Shown here: positions 1 to 9,173 of the stretch, piece by piece | Position numbering within the stretch: the first letter of the stretch is position 1 | Layout of the letters: each line of letters starts with the position of its first letter | From: Myxococcota bacterium | GTDB taxonomy: Bacteria > Myxococcota_A > UBA9042 | NCBI GenBank assembly: GCA_964201005.1 | Contig: CAXNCS010000004.1 | Coordinates: 51,620 to 115,619, forward strand | DNA length: 64,000 nucleotides | Reading direction: 5' to 3' | Made by a program: the position numbers and the translations under genes | The notes under the pieces: generated by a model | The model's input: only the letters and a program-made list of their open reading frames with translations | Databases searched by the model: none | Told to the model about the DNA's origin: nothing

Positions 1-154
1 GGTCGCCGTTTTCGAGGCAGCGGTCCAGCTCGGCGGGCGTCAGGCGGCGCATGGGCAGGCGCATCGGCAAAATCGCCATGCGGTCGCCCAGATAGGGGCA
101 GGGGTGGGCCGAAGAGTCGACCAGCAGCTGCGGCGGGCTGTCCATCAAGACCAT
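1..154 (-). CDS. Arginyl/leucyl-tRNA--protein transferase (Bpt/Ate family). Only the N-terminal part is in the window, and the gene continues past the window start.
   Basis: Reverse-strand translation from the ATG at 152-154 gives MVLMDSPPQLLVDSSAHPCPYLGDRMAILPMRLPMRRLTPAELDRCLENGD. This contains the Bpt-type HPCPYLxxR motif. It is not in the ORF track because it is truncated. Confidence 0.5.
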   Translation of the reverse strand, partial: MVLMDSPPQLLVDSSAHPCPYLGDRMAILPMRLPMRRLTPAELDRCLENGD

Positions 155-295
155 CCAGGGCTCCTTTCTTTCACCGCCATGGTGCGGCAATTGGTGCGGC
201 GGGCGCAAATTCCCTTTGCCCCTGGCTGAGGGGTGCTGCGCCCCGCAATCCGTGCTAGCGTTGCCCCACTGAACACGCCGATGGAGCCAAGGTCA

Positions 296-1732
296 ATGAG
301 TAAGTATCTGCACCGATTGAACTATGCTTGTCAAAGAATCATGCTGTTGGGCGCGATGGCGCTGCTGACGGCGCTGGCGGGCTCTTTGCTGGTGCCGAGC
401 GCGGTTTTCGCGGCGCCGGCGGTGATCGCCCCAGAGATCCCCAGCCGCGGCTCCTCGGCGGCTCCGGTCGTGCTCGCGGTCGTCAGCGAGTTCCAGTGTC
501 CGTTTTGCAGCCGCTTGAACCAGACGCTTGCGGCGCTGGAAAAGGCCAATCCGGGCAAAGTTCGCCTGCTGTTTGTGCATTTTCCTCTGGATTTCCATGC
601 TCATGCAGCTCCAGCGGCGCTATGGGCCCAGGCCGCCCATCGCCAGGGGCTGTTCTGGCCGATGCACGACCAGCTGTTTGCCCGCCAGCGCAGCCTGGGC
701 GATGACGCCTTTGCCGAGGCCGCCGGGGCCGCTGGGCTCGATGCGGTGGTGGCGCGCCGCGACCTCGCAGACCCGCGGCTCATGGCCCATGTGCAGGCGG
801 ATGTCCAGGCCATGCAGGCCCTTGGGGTGCGCGGCACGCCGACGACCTTTATCAACGGCATGCAGCTGGGTGGCGCGCAACCCCTAGAAAAGTTTCAAGC
901 TGCCGTGGATGCCGCGTTGCAGGATCCGGCCAAACCCGGTGAGACGGCGGTGCAACACTGGGAGCGGCGCCAGCCAGGCATCGGCGGCAAGCTGGCCCAG
1001 TGGCTCGCGGATCGCCAGCCCTTTGCCGCCATCGCGCTGCCGCCAGAAGAGGAGGTGGAGGCGGAGAAGCCCCCGTCGGCGATCCCGACCGTCTGGCAGG
1101 TGCCGGTCGATCCCAGTGTCGATGCAATTCGCGCCGATGGCCCCGACATCGAGCTGACCGCGGTCGTGTGGACGGACGTGCAGTGCCCGTTCTGCAGCCG
1201 CTTTGCCAAGACCCTGGCCGAGCTGAGCGCGCGCTATCCGGGCAAGCTGCGCGTCGTGCTCAAGCACAACCCGCTGCCGTTTCACAAAATGGCCCCGGCG
1301 GCGCACAAGGCGATGATGGCGGCCGGCAAGCAGGCGAAGTTCTGGGAGTTTCACGACGCACTGTTTGAGCGAAGCGGTGCGCTGGAAGAGGAAGTGCTGC
1401 GCGAAATCGCCCAGAAGCTCGGGCTAGATCAGGCCCGCTGGGAACGGGACCGCCAGGATCCGGCGCTGGCGGCGCGCATCGACGCGGATCTGCGCAGTGG
1501 CCAGAGCGCCGGCGTGGACGGCACACCGTCGATGTTTCTGAACGGCCGGCGCATTGTCGGCGCAGTGCCGCTGCAGGACCTTGTGGATGTCGCCGAACAG
1601 GAGCTCAAGCGCGCCCGCGCGGCGGGATGGAAGGGCCACGCCGGCTACCTCAAGGCCATTGCGGGCGGCCAAGTCCGGCCCAAGCCCGCGGAGCCTGTGC
1701 GGCCCCAGCCGGCCTTGATGCCTAAGAAATAG
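296..1732 (+). CDS. Secreted protein with two tandem DsbA-like thioredoxin domains (thiol:disulfide oxidoreductase)
   Basis: Two CPFC active-site motifs (SEFQCPFCSRL and TDVQCPFCSRF), each in a DsbA-like context. After the ATG at 296 there is an N-terminal signal/TM segment (MSKYLHRL...LLGAMALLTALAGSLLVPSAVFA). The 5' end is unusually AT-rich, so the ATG at about 350 is an alternative start. Confidence 0.75.
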   Translation: MSKYLHRLNYACQRIMLLGAMALLTALAGSLLVPSAVFAAPAVIAPEIPSRGSSAAPVVLAVVSEFQCPFCSRLNQTLAALEKANPGKVRLLFVHFPLDFHAHAAPAALWAQAAHRQGLFWPMHDQLFARQRSLGDDAFAEAAGAAGLDAVVARRDLADPRLMAHVQADVQAMQALGVRGTPTTFINGMQLGGAQPLEKFQAAVDAALQDPAKPGETAVQHWERRQPGIGGKLAQWLADRQPFAAIALPPEEEVEAEKPPSAIPTVWQVPVDPSVDAIRADGPDIELTAVVWTDVQCPFCSRFAKTLAELSARYPGKLRVVLKHNPLPFHKMAPAAHKAMMAAGKQAKFWEFHDALFERSGALEEEVLREIAQKLGLDQARWERDRQDPALAARIDADLRSGQSAGVDGTPSMFLNGRRIVGAVPLQDLVDVAEQELKRARAAGWKGHAGYLKAIAGGQVRPKPAEPVRPQPALMPKK

Positions 1733-1738
1733 CTGAGT

Positions 1739-2347
1739 TTACTGGTCTATGCCGTTCAGGTTATGGTTTGCCAGCACGGCCGGATCCTGAACGGCAAGCC
1801 GCAGCACCTGGTCTGAGCGCGCGTGCAGCCAGTGGTCCAGCCGGGTCTCTGCAGCAATTTCCCAAGGGATCGCCTGGAGTTGCTCCACGGCCAAGGGCGA
1901 CAGCCCCAGGGGATGGCCGCCGCGCAACCGACCTTCTTGGTCAAGCGCTTGCGGCACCACGGCTAGCCAATCGCCCGACGCCAGCGACGCCTGTAGTCGC
2001 GCCAGCAAAGACATGCCGGGCCAGGGGCAGTCGACCGGCAGCACCCACAGCGCCACTCCGGGTGGAATGTGGGCAATCCCTCGTTTTAGAGAGAGAAAGG
2101 CCGGTTCATCGGGATCGGAGACCACCGCCTCGCCGGGCTGCGGCGGCTCCGGGCTCTGCCAAGCGCCGGGGTGCAGCACGGACAAAGGCCGCAGGCCATC
2201 GGCGGCGACGCGCTCCGCCTGCAACCGCCACCACGGGCGCCCATTCAGCAGCTTGAGCGCCTTGGGGCCGCCCGCCCGCCGGCCTTGGCCACCCCCCAGC
2301 ACCAGCGCCCACCATCGATTCCGCGGCTCGCCCTCCGCGGGATTCAT
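1739..2347 (-). CDS. MobA/MocA-family molybdenum cofactor nucleotidyltransferase
   Basis: N-terminus WWALVLGGGQGRRAGGPKALKLL matches the MobA-like NTP-transferase glycine-rich loop. It overlaps xdhC by 4 nt and lies in an operon with xdhC, coxM and coxS. Confidence 0.7.
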   Translation of the reverse strand: MNPAEGEPRNRWWALVLGGGQGRRAGGPKALKLLNGRPWWRLQAERVAADGLRPLSVLHPGAWQSPEPPQPGEAVVSDPDEPAFLSLKRGIAHIPPGVALWVLPVDCPWPGMSLLARLQASLASGDWLAVVPQALDQEGRLRGGHPLGLSPLAVEQLQAIPWEIAAETRLDHWLHARSDQVLRLAVQDPAVLANHNLNGIDQ

Positions 2348-3498
2348 GAGTCGCCAGTCGGGTCGTGTGCGGCAGGGCGGGGCCGGCGCAGGCTCAGCAA
2401 TTGCGCGGCCACGGAGATGGCGATTTCGCCCGGGAGGTTGCCGCCCAGCAGCGCACCGTCCACCTGCAGGCCGATCGGCGCGACCAGCCTGGCCAGCTGT
2501 GCCTCACTGGTGCCGCGTTGCAGCAGGCGCGTGCGCGTGGCGGCGATCTTGCTGCGGCTGCCGATGAGGCCGACATAGGCCAGCTCCGCTTGCGACACCG
2601 CCCGGCGCTCGCCAATTCGCAGCAGAGCTTCCACAAGGTCGCGATCCAGCGCGTGATCGTGGGTCATCACCAGTGCCGAGGTGGTGGAAGGGTCGGGGGC
2701 CTCAGGCAGACCGCGGGCGCTGAGCATCCGCAGCTCTTCCGTTAGGCGCTGGGCCGCTTGCGACTGCTGGGCTGCGGCACCGAGCCAGCCCCAGGCGGCC
2801 AGCAGCCGCAGCGGTTCGGCGCAGATCACCTCTGTGGAAGGGGCAAAGCGCGCTGGATCGGCCCACTCCGCCCGGCTATCGACGGCGATCAGCCGCCAGG
2901 GCAGAGGCTGCAGCACCCGCGCCAGCGCTGCAGCGACGTGGCCCGCGCCAAATACCACCACCGCCGGCAGCGCCTGGGGCCGCTCGCTCAGGCGCATCTC
3001 GCCAAAGGAGGTGACCAGCGCGCCGCCATCGGTCTGGGCGCTGCGGACGGCGCTGCTCAGCTCGCGGGCCGCCGCGGCATCGAGTTCGCGAAAATGCAGC
3101 CACACGACTCCGCCGCAGCACTGGGCGAGCTTGGGGCCCAGCGGGTAGCGACACAGCCGCTGCACCCGGCCGCGGTCATCGGCTTCCTCGCGAATTTCTA
3201 CTGCGGTCATCAGGGGATCGTCGGCGTCGGCCCCGCCCTGGTTCGCGCTCCAGGCGGCGTCGCGCAGCGCCATTTGCTCCAAGTGCCCGCCGCCAATCGT
3301 CCCGGCGATCAGGCGCCCGTCGCGGCACAGCATGCGCGCTCCAGGGGCCCGTGGCGCCGAGCCTTGGGTGGCCAGTACCGTGACCAGTACGGCGGGCGGC
3401 GCTCCGGTGGGCAGCCAATCGCCAAGGCGCAGCAGGAGGCGCAGACCTTCCGCATCCATGGGCAGAGGCTGAGGATTCGCCGTTTCGCTCCCAGTCAT
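2344..3498 (-). CDS. xdhC: XdhC/CoxI-family molybdoenzyme maturation factor
   Basis: XdhC N-terminal domain (VLVTVLATQGSAPRAPGARMLCRDGRLIAGTIGGGHLE) plus a Rossmann-like C-terminal domain (VVVFGAGHVAAALARVL). It has 4-nt overlaps with both neighbours. Confidence 0.8.
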   Translation of the reverse strand: MTGSETANPQPLPMDAEGLRLLLRLGDWLPTGAPPAVLVTVLATQGSAPRAPGARMLCRDGRLIAGTIGGGHLEQMALRDAAWSANQGGADADDPLMTAVEIREEADDRGRVQRLCRYPLGPKLAQCCGGVVWLHFRELDAAAARELSSAVRSAQTDGGALVTSFGEMRLSERPQALPAVVVFGAGHVAAALARVLQPLPWRLIAVDSRAEWADPARFAPSTEVICAEPLRLLAAWGWLGAAAQQSQAAQRLTEELRMLSARGLPEAPDPSTTSALVMTHDHALDRDLVEALLRIGERRAVSQAELAYVGLIGSRSKIAATRTRLLQRGTSEAQLARLVAPIGLQVDGALLGGNLPGEIAISVAAQLLSLRRPRPAAHDPTGDS

Positions 3499-4418
3499 GC
3501 CGCGGTCTCGCGCAGGGCCTGCTCCACCAGGCGGGCAAACACCTCAGCGCGATATTCGGCGGTCGAGCGAACATCGTCAATTGGCTTGAGATCGCGGGCT
3601 TGAGCGGCGCGCAGGGCGATCGGCTCGATCTCCGCCAGGGTCTTGTGGCGCAGGTGGCCTTCCAGCGCGGCACAGCGCAGCGGCGTGGCGGCCATGGACA
3701 CGGCGACCAGGCGCACGTCCTGCAACACCCCTTGATCCCAGGAGAACACCCCGGCCAGGCCGACTTTGGTGATGGCCTGAAAGGCGCGGGTGCCGACCTT
3801 GCGCAGCCACTGGCCGCGGTGGCCCAAGCTCTCTGCGGGGATGGTGAGGGCGGTGATGATCTCGTCGGCCTCGCGCGCCGTGCGGCGATAGCCCAAAAAG
3901 TAGTTCTGCAGCGCGATGTTGCGCACCCCACGTAGAGAAGAGAGCTCGACCTGGGCGTCCAGGGCCATCAGCATGGGCGCGGCGTCGGCGGCGGGCGAGG
4001 CGTTCTCTACGTTGCCGGCAAAGGTACCGCGCGCCTGGATTTGGGTTGCGCCCACCAGACTCGCCGCCTTGGCTAAGGCCGGGAGTTCAAGGGCAAAACG
4101 CGGGTCTTCCAGGGCGACGGCGTAGGTCGCCAGGGCGCCGATGCGCAGGCCGTTATCGCTCCAGGTGAGCCCGCCGAGCGTCTTGCGCAGCGGCCAGAGG
4201 TCCAGCACTTGGGCCGGCAGCGGCTTGCCAAAATGCGCCTCGACCAGCAAGTCCGTCGCCCCCGCCATGGGCCGCAGCGGCTGACCTTTGCGCTGGGCGG
4301 CGTCTAGCATCTGCAGGGCGGATTGGAGGTCCGTCGGGCGCAACACCGCTACATCGCGGAGCAACTGCGGGTCGGGCAGGGCGGATGGATACTCGTCTGC
4401 GTGGCTTGGGCGGTTCAT
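3495..4418 (-). CDS. Molybdopterin dehydrogenase FAD-binding (medium, CoxM/XdhB-like) subunit
   Basis: FAD_binding_5-type N-terminus (LLRPTDLQSALQMLD...PMAGATDLLV) followed by a CO-dehydrogenase flavoprotein C-terminal-like region. Confidence 0.8.
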   Translation of the reverse strand: MNRPSHADEYPSALPDPQLLRDVAVLRPTDLQSALQMLDAAQRKGQPLRPMAGATDLLVEAHFGKPLPAQVLDLWPLRKTLGGLTWSDNGLRIGALATYAVALEDPRFALELPALAKAASLVGATQIQARGTFAGNVENASPAADAAPMLMALDAQVELSSLRGVRNIALQNYFLGYRRTAREADEIITALTIPAESLGHRGQWLRKVGTRAFQAITKVGLAGVFSWDQGVLQDVRLVAVSMAATPLRCAALEGHLRHKTLAEIEPIALRAAQARDLKPIDDVRSTAEYRAEVFARLVEQALRETAA

Positions 4419-5035
4419 TTGGCCTCCGCGGCGCCGGCAACCGAGGCCTCAGGCGCCTGGCTCAGCGCATCGACAACCGCTTGCACGATCTGGCCATAAC
4501 CGGTGCAGCGGCAGAGGTTTCCGGCCAGGTGCTGGCGAATCTCGCTCTCTGGCACCGCCTGCCCGGCGTGTTTGTCGACCAGCCAAGCCGCCGTCATCGC
4601 CATGCCGGGCGTACAGATGCCGCACTGGGCCCCACCGTGCTGCAAGAAAGCCTTTTGCACCGCGTGCAGGCCGCCGTTGTGCGAAAGGCCTTCAATCGTG
4701 CGGATTTCGGCGCCATCGGCGTGGACGGCGGGGACCAAGCAGCTGTTGACCGGCCTGCCGTCGAGCAGCACGGTGCAAGCGCCGCATTCGCCTTCGCCGC
4801 AGCCCTCTTTGGTGCCCATCAGGCCCCAGGGACCGCGCAACACGTCGATGAGGCGGCGCATCGGCGCCACTTGGGCGCTGCGCTGCTCGCCGTTGACGAC
4901 CGCAGTTATGGAAATGCGCGGCGTGAGCGAGGCGCGGGGCCCCGACTCATCCTCGGCGTCGATGGGGGAATTGCCTTGGTGGTCCACAGTGTTCTCCGCA
5001 GCGCGCCTAGCCGGCGGGCTGGCTGTTGCCCGCAA
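4415..5035 (-). CDS. (2Fe-2S)-binding small subunit of an xanthine dehydrogenase/CO dehydrogenase-family molybdoenzyme
   Basis: Cysteine clusters CGEGECGACTV, CGICTPGMAM and CRCTGY are typical of CoxS/XdhA-type [2Fe-2S] subunits. The roughly 45-aa N-terminal extension may mean the real start is internal. Confidence 0.8.
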   Translation of the reverse strand: MRATASPPARRAAENTVDHQGNSPIDAEDESGPRASLTPRISITAVVNGEQRSAQVAPMRRLIDVLRGPWGLMGTKEGCGEGECGACTVLLDGRPVNSCLVPAVHADGAEIRTIEGLSHNGGLHAVQKAFLQHGGAQCGICTPGMAMTAAWLVDKHAGQAVPESEIRQHLAGNLCRCTGYGQIVQAVVDALSQAPEASVAGAAEAK

Positions 5036-5076
5036 GTGTAAGGCAGATGCGCCGCGCGCGCCAAGCTTGGCCCGGG

Positions 5077-6669
5077 CTAGGTCTGCGCATCAATCGTCAT
5101 GCTGTGCAGCAATTGACCGCTGGCGCCCCAGCTCTCGCAGATCACCTGGGGCTTGGGCTGGGTCACGATGCGCACCCGGCCGATGGTATTTTCGCCGGTG
5201 CTGTCCTGGGTCCATTCGGGCCAGAAATCGCCGCGCGGAAAGCCAAATTGCTCAGCCAAATCGATGATCGGCGCCTGGGTGATGTCCAGATTGGCCGCCA
5301 TGAACACCGGCGGGCACTGGGCTTCGCGCTGCAACATCGCCCCCATGTGGGCATCGCCGGTCAGGAAGACGATGTTCTTGACCGCGCCGGTCGTGTGAAG
5401 ATCCAACAGCTTTTTGCGCTCGGTCAGATATCCGCACCACATGTCGCCGATCGCCTCGATGAGCAGGCCGATGCCCAGCTTGAGGGCTTCGTTCATCAGC
5501 GCGTCGTAGCGAGGATTGATCTCCACCGGCAAGAACACGAATTTCCACAGTGCTTTGGAGCTCTTGAGCCCGTCAATCAGCCATGCCAGCTGCTCTGCGC
5601 CCAGCATCGTGTGGCCCGCCGGCTCTTCGAGCCAAGCTTTCTTGGTGCCATCGGGCTGGACCTCGGTCTTGATGGCGTCCTTGATGTTGCTGCGCTGCGA
5701 GCGCATGTCGACCAGGAAGAACTCGCAGTGGCCCAAGGTGAATTTCTGCCACACGCCGCCAGCCGAGGCCGCGAGCGGGTAGCTGGGCAAGTAGCGCGAA
5801 AACGCCGCCACGCGCTCGCTTTGTTGGCCGGTCACGTCGCGGTGGGCGTTGTTTTCGGCAAAATCGTGGTCGTCCCACACGTGGGCCAGCGGCACTTCTG
5901 CCAGCAGCTTGCGCAGCGGGTAGGTGTCGGTCAGGCGCCGGCGCCAGGACTTGGCCAATTCTTCCGGATAAACCGTGTAGTTGTTGCCTTTGTCGTCCAG
6001 GCCGTTCTTGGCAAAGGCGTAATCGGGGTAGGTCCAGTCGCCGATCTGGGCAAAGAACCACGGCGCGTCGGGCCAAGCCGCGGCGACCTCAAAGACCTTG
6101 CCCTTGGAAAAGGTGGCGGCGCCGTCATCGCTGTAGCGGCAGCAGGAGCCAAAAGCAAAGCTAAAGTCGACGGCGGTTTGAGCGGCGGCGAATGTGCGGC
6201 TGCGGATCGATCGGCCGGGCTGCGGCACACCGTCCACGACCGGCACGATGTCATAGCGCGTCGCGGCAGCGAGGCCGGTGAAGTCACAGACGGCTGCAAA
6301 GTCATCTGCTTGCGTCGCCACAGCGCAGTTGGCGCTAACCGAGGTTCCGCCGCCGACCGGGGTAGCTGTAAAGCTCACCTGCGCCGGTCCATCGAGCCGC
6401 ACGGCCGCGCGCAGGCCGCTGCTGGTGGCGCCGCCGGAGATGGGGCCATGGGTGATCGCGGCGCCTTTGCCTTGGGGCTCGCAGGCGATTTTGCTGTCGA
6501 CCGCGCTGGAATCGCCGCTCGCGGCATCAGAGCCCGAGGCGTCGGTTTTGCCCGCATCCGCGCTGGGGGCGGCTGGGTCGTCGTCGGCACAGGCCACAGC
6601 CACGGCCACCGGGGCCAGGGCTAGGCCGCGCAGCACTTGGCGGCGGGTCAGCGGGTGGAAAGGGCGCAT
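5077..6669 (-). CDS. PhoD-like phosphatase (alkaline phosphatase D family), Tat-signal lipoprotein
   Basis: Twin-arginine signal TRRQVLRGLALAPVAVAVAC followed by a lipobox Cys. Metallophosphatase motifs HVWDDHDF and FLTGDAHM are present. Confidence 0.8.
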   Translation of the reverse strand: MRPFHPLTRRQVLRGLALAPVAVAVACADDDPAAPSADAGKTDASGSDAASGDSSAVDSKIACEPQGKGAAITHGPISGGATSSGLRAAVRLDGPAQVSFTATPVGGGTSVSANCAVATQADDFAAVCDFTGLAAATRYDIVPVVDGVPQPGRSIRSRTFAAAQTAVDFSFAFGSCCRYSDDGAATFSKGKVFEVAAAWPDAPWFFAQIGDWTYPDYAFAKNGLDDKGNNYTVYPEELAKSWRRRLTDTYPLRKLLAEVPLAHVWDDHDFAENNAHRDVTGQQSERVAAFSRYLPSYPLAASAGGVWQKFTLGHCEFFLVDMRSQRSNIKDAIKTEVQPDGTKKAWLEEPAGHTMLGAEQLAWLIDGLKSSKALWKFVFLPVEINPRYDALMNEALKLGIGLLIEAIGDMWCGYLTERKKLLDLHTTGAVKNIVFLTGDAHMGAMLQREAQCPPVFMAANLDITQAPIIDLAEQFGFPRGDFWPEWTQDSTGENTIGRVRIVTQPKPQVICESWGASGQLLHSMTIDAQT

Positions 6670-6699
6670 GGGCGGGGCCTCGTCGTCGAGCGCTTGGCT

Positions 6700-8256
6700 C
6701 TAGGGCAGGGGGTCGATAGGTGTCTGCGGATACAGTGGTGAAGAAGAGCAGCCATCCTGTACAGTTTGCATGACGGCGAGCGCCACATCTTCGCGCCAAG
6801 GCCGCGCCACTACTTGCAATCCCACCGGCAGGCCCGCGGCACCGCGCTCCGCCGCAGCACAGCTATTGTCCAGGCGATCCCCCGGGGCGCGGGCTTCTTC
6901 GTCCTCGCGCACCCGCGTCACCGGCACAACGCCTGCGGGAAAATTCAGCATCACGTAGCGAAAAGCGTAGCTCAGGGAAAGGGTAAGCTCACCAGATGTG
7001 CCCAGCGGCATCGCCGGCAGCGCGTGGGGCGGGCAGATCACCGCGTCGAGACCGGCTTCTGCCCAGGCGTCCAGCTCGGCGCGGCGCATTTCCGTGCGCG
7101 TATGGGTCAAACGCCAGTATTCGGCCACGGGTTTTTCGCCCAGGGCCCTCAGCAGGCGGGCGGTGCGCGGTTCCCCCGTCTTGTCCATCACCGCGGCCAG
7201 CAGCTTGCGCACCGGCGGCGGCAGCTTGGCGATGCGGAAGGTCTGTTCGAGCTGGCGCACCACCGGGTCGCGGCCCAAGTTGGCGCGCAGGGTCTCGCCG
7301 CCATCTGCGGAAATGCCGGCGAGCCAGACGTAAATCAGATCGCTGTGCGGCGGCTGGTAGTCCACCAGGGTCGCCCCGGCCGCTTGCAGAATCGCTCTGG
7401 CCTCGCGAACGGCGCGGCGAATCGCCGGGTTGGGCGTCAGAAAGCCGTCGTCTTCCATTACGCCGATGCGCAGGCCGCGCAGATCGACCCCTTGGGGATC
7501 GGCCACGGCAAAAGGCGGCACAGCCGGGTCTTTTTGCGCGAGCCGCTGCGGATCCACCGCGCGCATCAGCAGCGCCAAGTCCTCAACCCGCCGGGCCATC
7601 GGTCCCATCTGCGCCCGCACCAGCTCTTGGCCAAACACGCTGCCGGCCGAGCCGCGGTTGGACCAGCGATCCACCGTGGGCTTGAGCCCGGCAATCCCGC
7701 AGAAATGGCAGGGAATGCGAATTGATCCGCCAATATCCGTGCCAATGCCCCAGGGCGACTGGCCAGAAGCGATCGCCGCCGCCTCGCCGCCCGAAGAGCC
7801 GCCGGGACTCCTCTTCAGACTCCAGGGGTTGTGGGTGATGCCCCAGATGACGTTCTCCGACTCCTGGGCCAGCAACAGCTGCGGCACGTTGGTCTTGCCC
7901 AGGGCAATCGCCCCCTGTTCGCGCAGCACTCCCACCGTGACCGCGTCCGCTTTGGCGGGCTGGCCTTGGCGGTGGCGCAGGCCCATGGTCGAGTCATGGC
8001 CGCGCAGGTCGATGTTTTCTTTGATGGTGATCGGCATGCCGTGCAGCAAGCCGCGGGCAGAGCCGTCTTTGCGTTCGCGGTCTGCGCGGTCGGCCTGTTC
8101 GCGGGCCTCCGCATCGAGCTCGACGACAAAAGCCCTGACCAGCGGGTCGAATTCGCGGCGGCGGGCGATCAGGGCGTCGACGATCTCTCGCGACGAAACC
8201 TCACCCTGGTCAAGGGCGTGGCGCAATTCACAGGCGGACATCTGGTGCAGTTTCAT
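6700..8256 (-). CDS. Amidase (amidase-signature family)
   Basis: Amidase signature GGSSGGEAAAIASG and the conserved KxxxxD/GTD region. The start is taken as the ATG at 8254-8256 (MKLHQMSACELRHAL). The ORF-track N-terminal extension looks non-native. Confidence 0.8.
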   Translation of the reverse strand: MKLHQMSACELRHALDQGEVSSREIVDALIARRREFDPLVRAFVVELDAEAREQADRADRERKDGSARGLLHGMPITIKENIDLRGHDSTMGLRHRQGQPAKADAVTVGVLREQGAIALGKTNVPQLLLAQESENVIWGITHNPWSLKRSPGGSSGGEAAAIASGQSPWGIGTDIGGSIRIPCHFCGIAGLKPTVDRWSNRGSAGSVFGQELVRAQMGPMARRVEDLALLMRAVDPQRLAQKDPAVPPFAVADPQGVDLRGLRIGVMEDDGFLTPNPAIRRAVREARAILQAAGATLVDYQPPHSDLIYVWLAGISADGGETLRANLGRDPVVRQLEQTFRIAKLPPPVRKLLAAVMDKTGEPRTARLLRALGEKPVAEYWRLTHTRTEMRRAELDAWAEAGLDAVICPPHALPAMPLGTSGELTLSLSYAFRYVMLNFPAGVVPVTRVREDEEARAPGDRLDNSCAAAERGAAGLPVGLQVVARPWREDVALAVMQTVQDGCSSSPLYPQTPIDPLP

Positions 8257-8415
8257 GGCGCCAGCGTAGCAGCGCCGCGCGGCGTTGTCGCGGGGGCGGC
8301 GGGTCGCGGTGAGGCTTTCATGCGGCGCATGTCCCGTCGGCGCTACGCCATCCGTGCGCGGCTTTGCGCGCCGGCACTGCAACGTCTATGCTTGTCTGCC
8401 CCGGCGGAGGTTTAG

Positions 8416-9099
8416 ATGTCTCAATTGCCTGAAACACCTGCAGATCACCCGCCGTTGGGCGCCACAGAAGCTCCCGTCCCAGGCCCGGCAGCGCTTGAAG
8501 CCGGGGACATCGACTTTGATGCGGTCCTTGGCGAGGCCCTCGCGGCGGTCGAAAAGCACGCGCGCAAACCAGACGAGCCGGGCGAAGCCGCAGAGCCGGT
8601 CGACCACAGCGAAGTGCTGCAATTGCGTCAAGCGCTAGAGGATGCCCACCGCGAGTCCGCGCGGCTCAAGGCAGAATTTGCCCGCGCCCAGGAGGATCTG
8701 AGCTCGCTGCGCCGCCTGACCCAGCGCCAGGAGGCCGATCTGCCCCAGCAGGCGGTGCGGCGGATCCTGGTTGAATTGCTGCCCGCCTTGGACCACCTGG
8801 ACACCCTGTGCCAGTACATGCTCGCCAAGCCGGATCTGGCCAGCGCCGATCGCCAGGCGCTAGAAATGCTCGACATGGAGTGGCGACGTGCCCAGCAGCG
8901 CCTGCAGCTTGAGCCCTATGACGCGGTTGGGCAGAGCTTTGACGGCCAGCGCCACGAGGTGATCGCCACGCTCAGCGACGCCGCGCACCCCGCCGGCGTG
9001 GTGTTGCGCCAGGCTGGGCGCGGTTACCTGTGGAATAGCAAACTGTTGCGCATGGCTCAGGTGGTGATCAACGGCCACCGCTCCGGCGCATCGCACTGA
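8416..9099 (+). CDS. GrpE-like nucleotide exchange factor paralog
   Basis: The C-terminal half resembles GrpE (LLPALDHLDTL..., EPYDAVGQSFDGQRHEVIATL, VVLRQAGRGYLWNSKLLRMAQVVIN). A canonical grpE also lies at 40040-40645. Confidence 0.6.
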   Translation: MSQLPETPADHPPLGATEAPVPGPAALEAGDIDFDAVLGEALAAVEKHARKPDEPGEAAEPVDHSEVLQLRQALEDAHRESARLKAEFARAQEDLSSLRRLTQRQEADLPQQAVRRILVELLPALDHLDTLCQYMLAKPDLASADRQALEMLDMEWRRAQQRLQLEPYDAVGQSFDGQRHEVIATLSDAAHPAGVVLRQAGRGYLWNSKLLRMAQVVINGHRSGASH

Positions 9100-9105
9100 G
9101 AGGAT

Positions 9106-9173
9106 GTGAAAGAACGTCGGTTTCAGGCCTTTGGGAGTCAGAAAGCCAATATTGTCAATGGTCGTTCTTTCAC
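9106..9173. repeat. AT-rich perfect 11-bp inverted repeat (GTGAAAGAACG ... CGTTCTTTCAC) with a 46-nt spacer, in a convergent intergenic region
   Basis: Seen directly in the sequence. Local GC is about 45% against about 70% for the window. It lies 7 nt after the stop of 8416-9099 and about 30 nt before the stop of the minus-strand gene at 9203. Confidence 0.6.

Noticed and set aside
5026-6624. 532-aa plus-strand ORF overlapping the PhoD gene
   Set aside because: It is antisense to a well-supported metallophosphatase gene with a Tat signal. It is an Arg/Gly/Ala-rich low-complexity translation.
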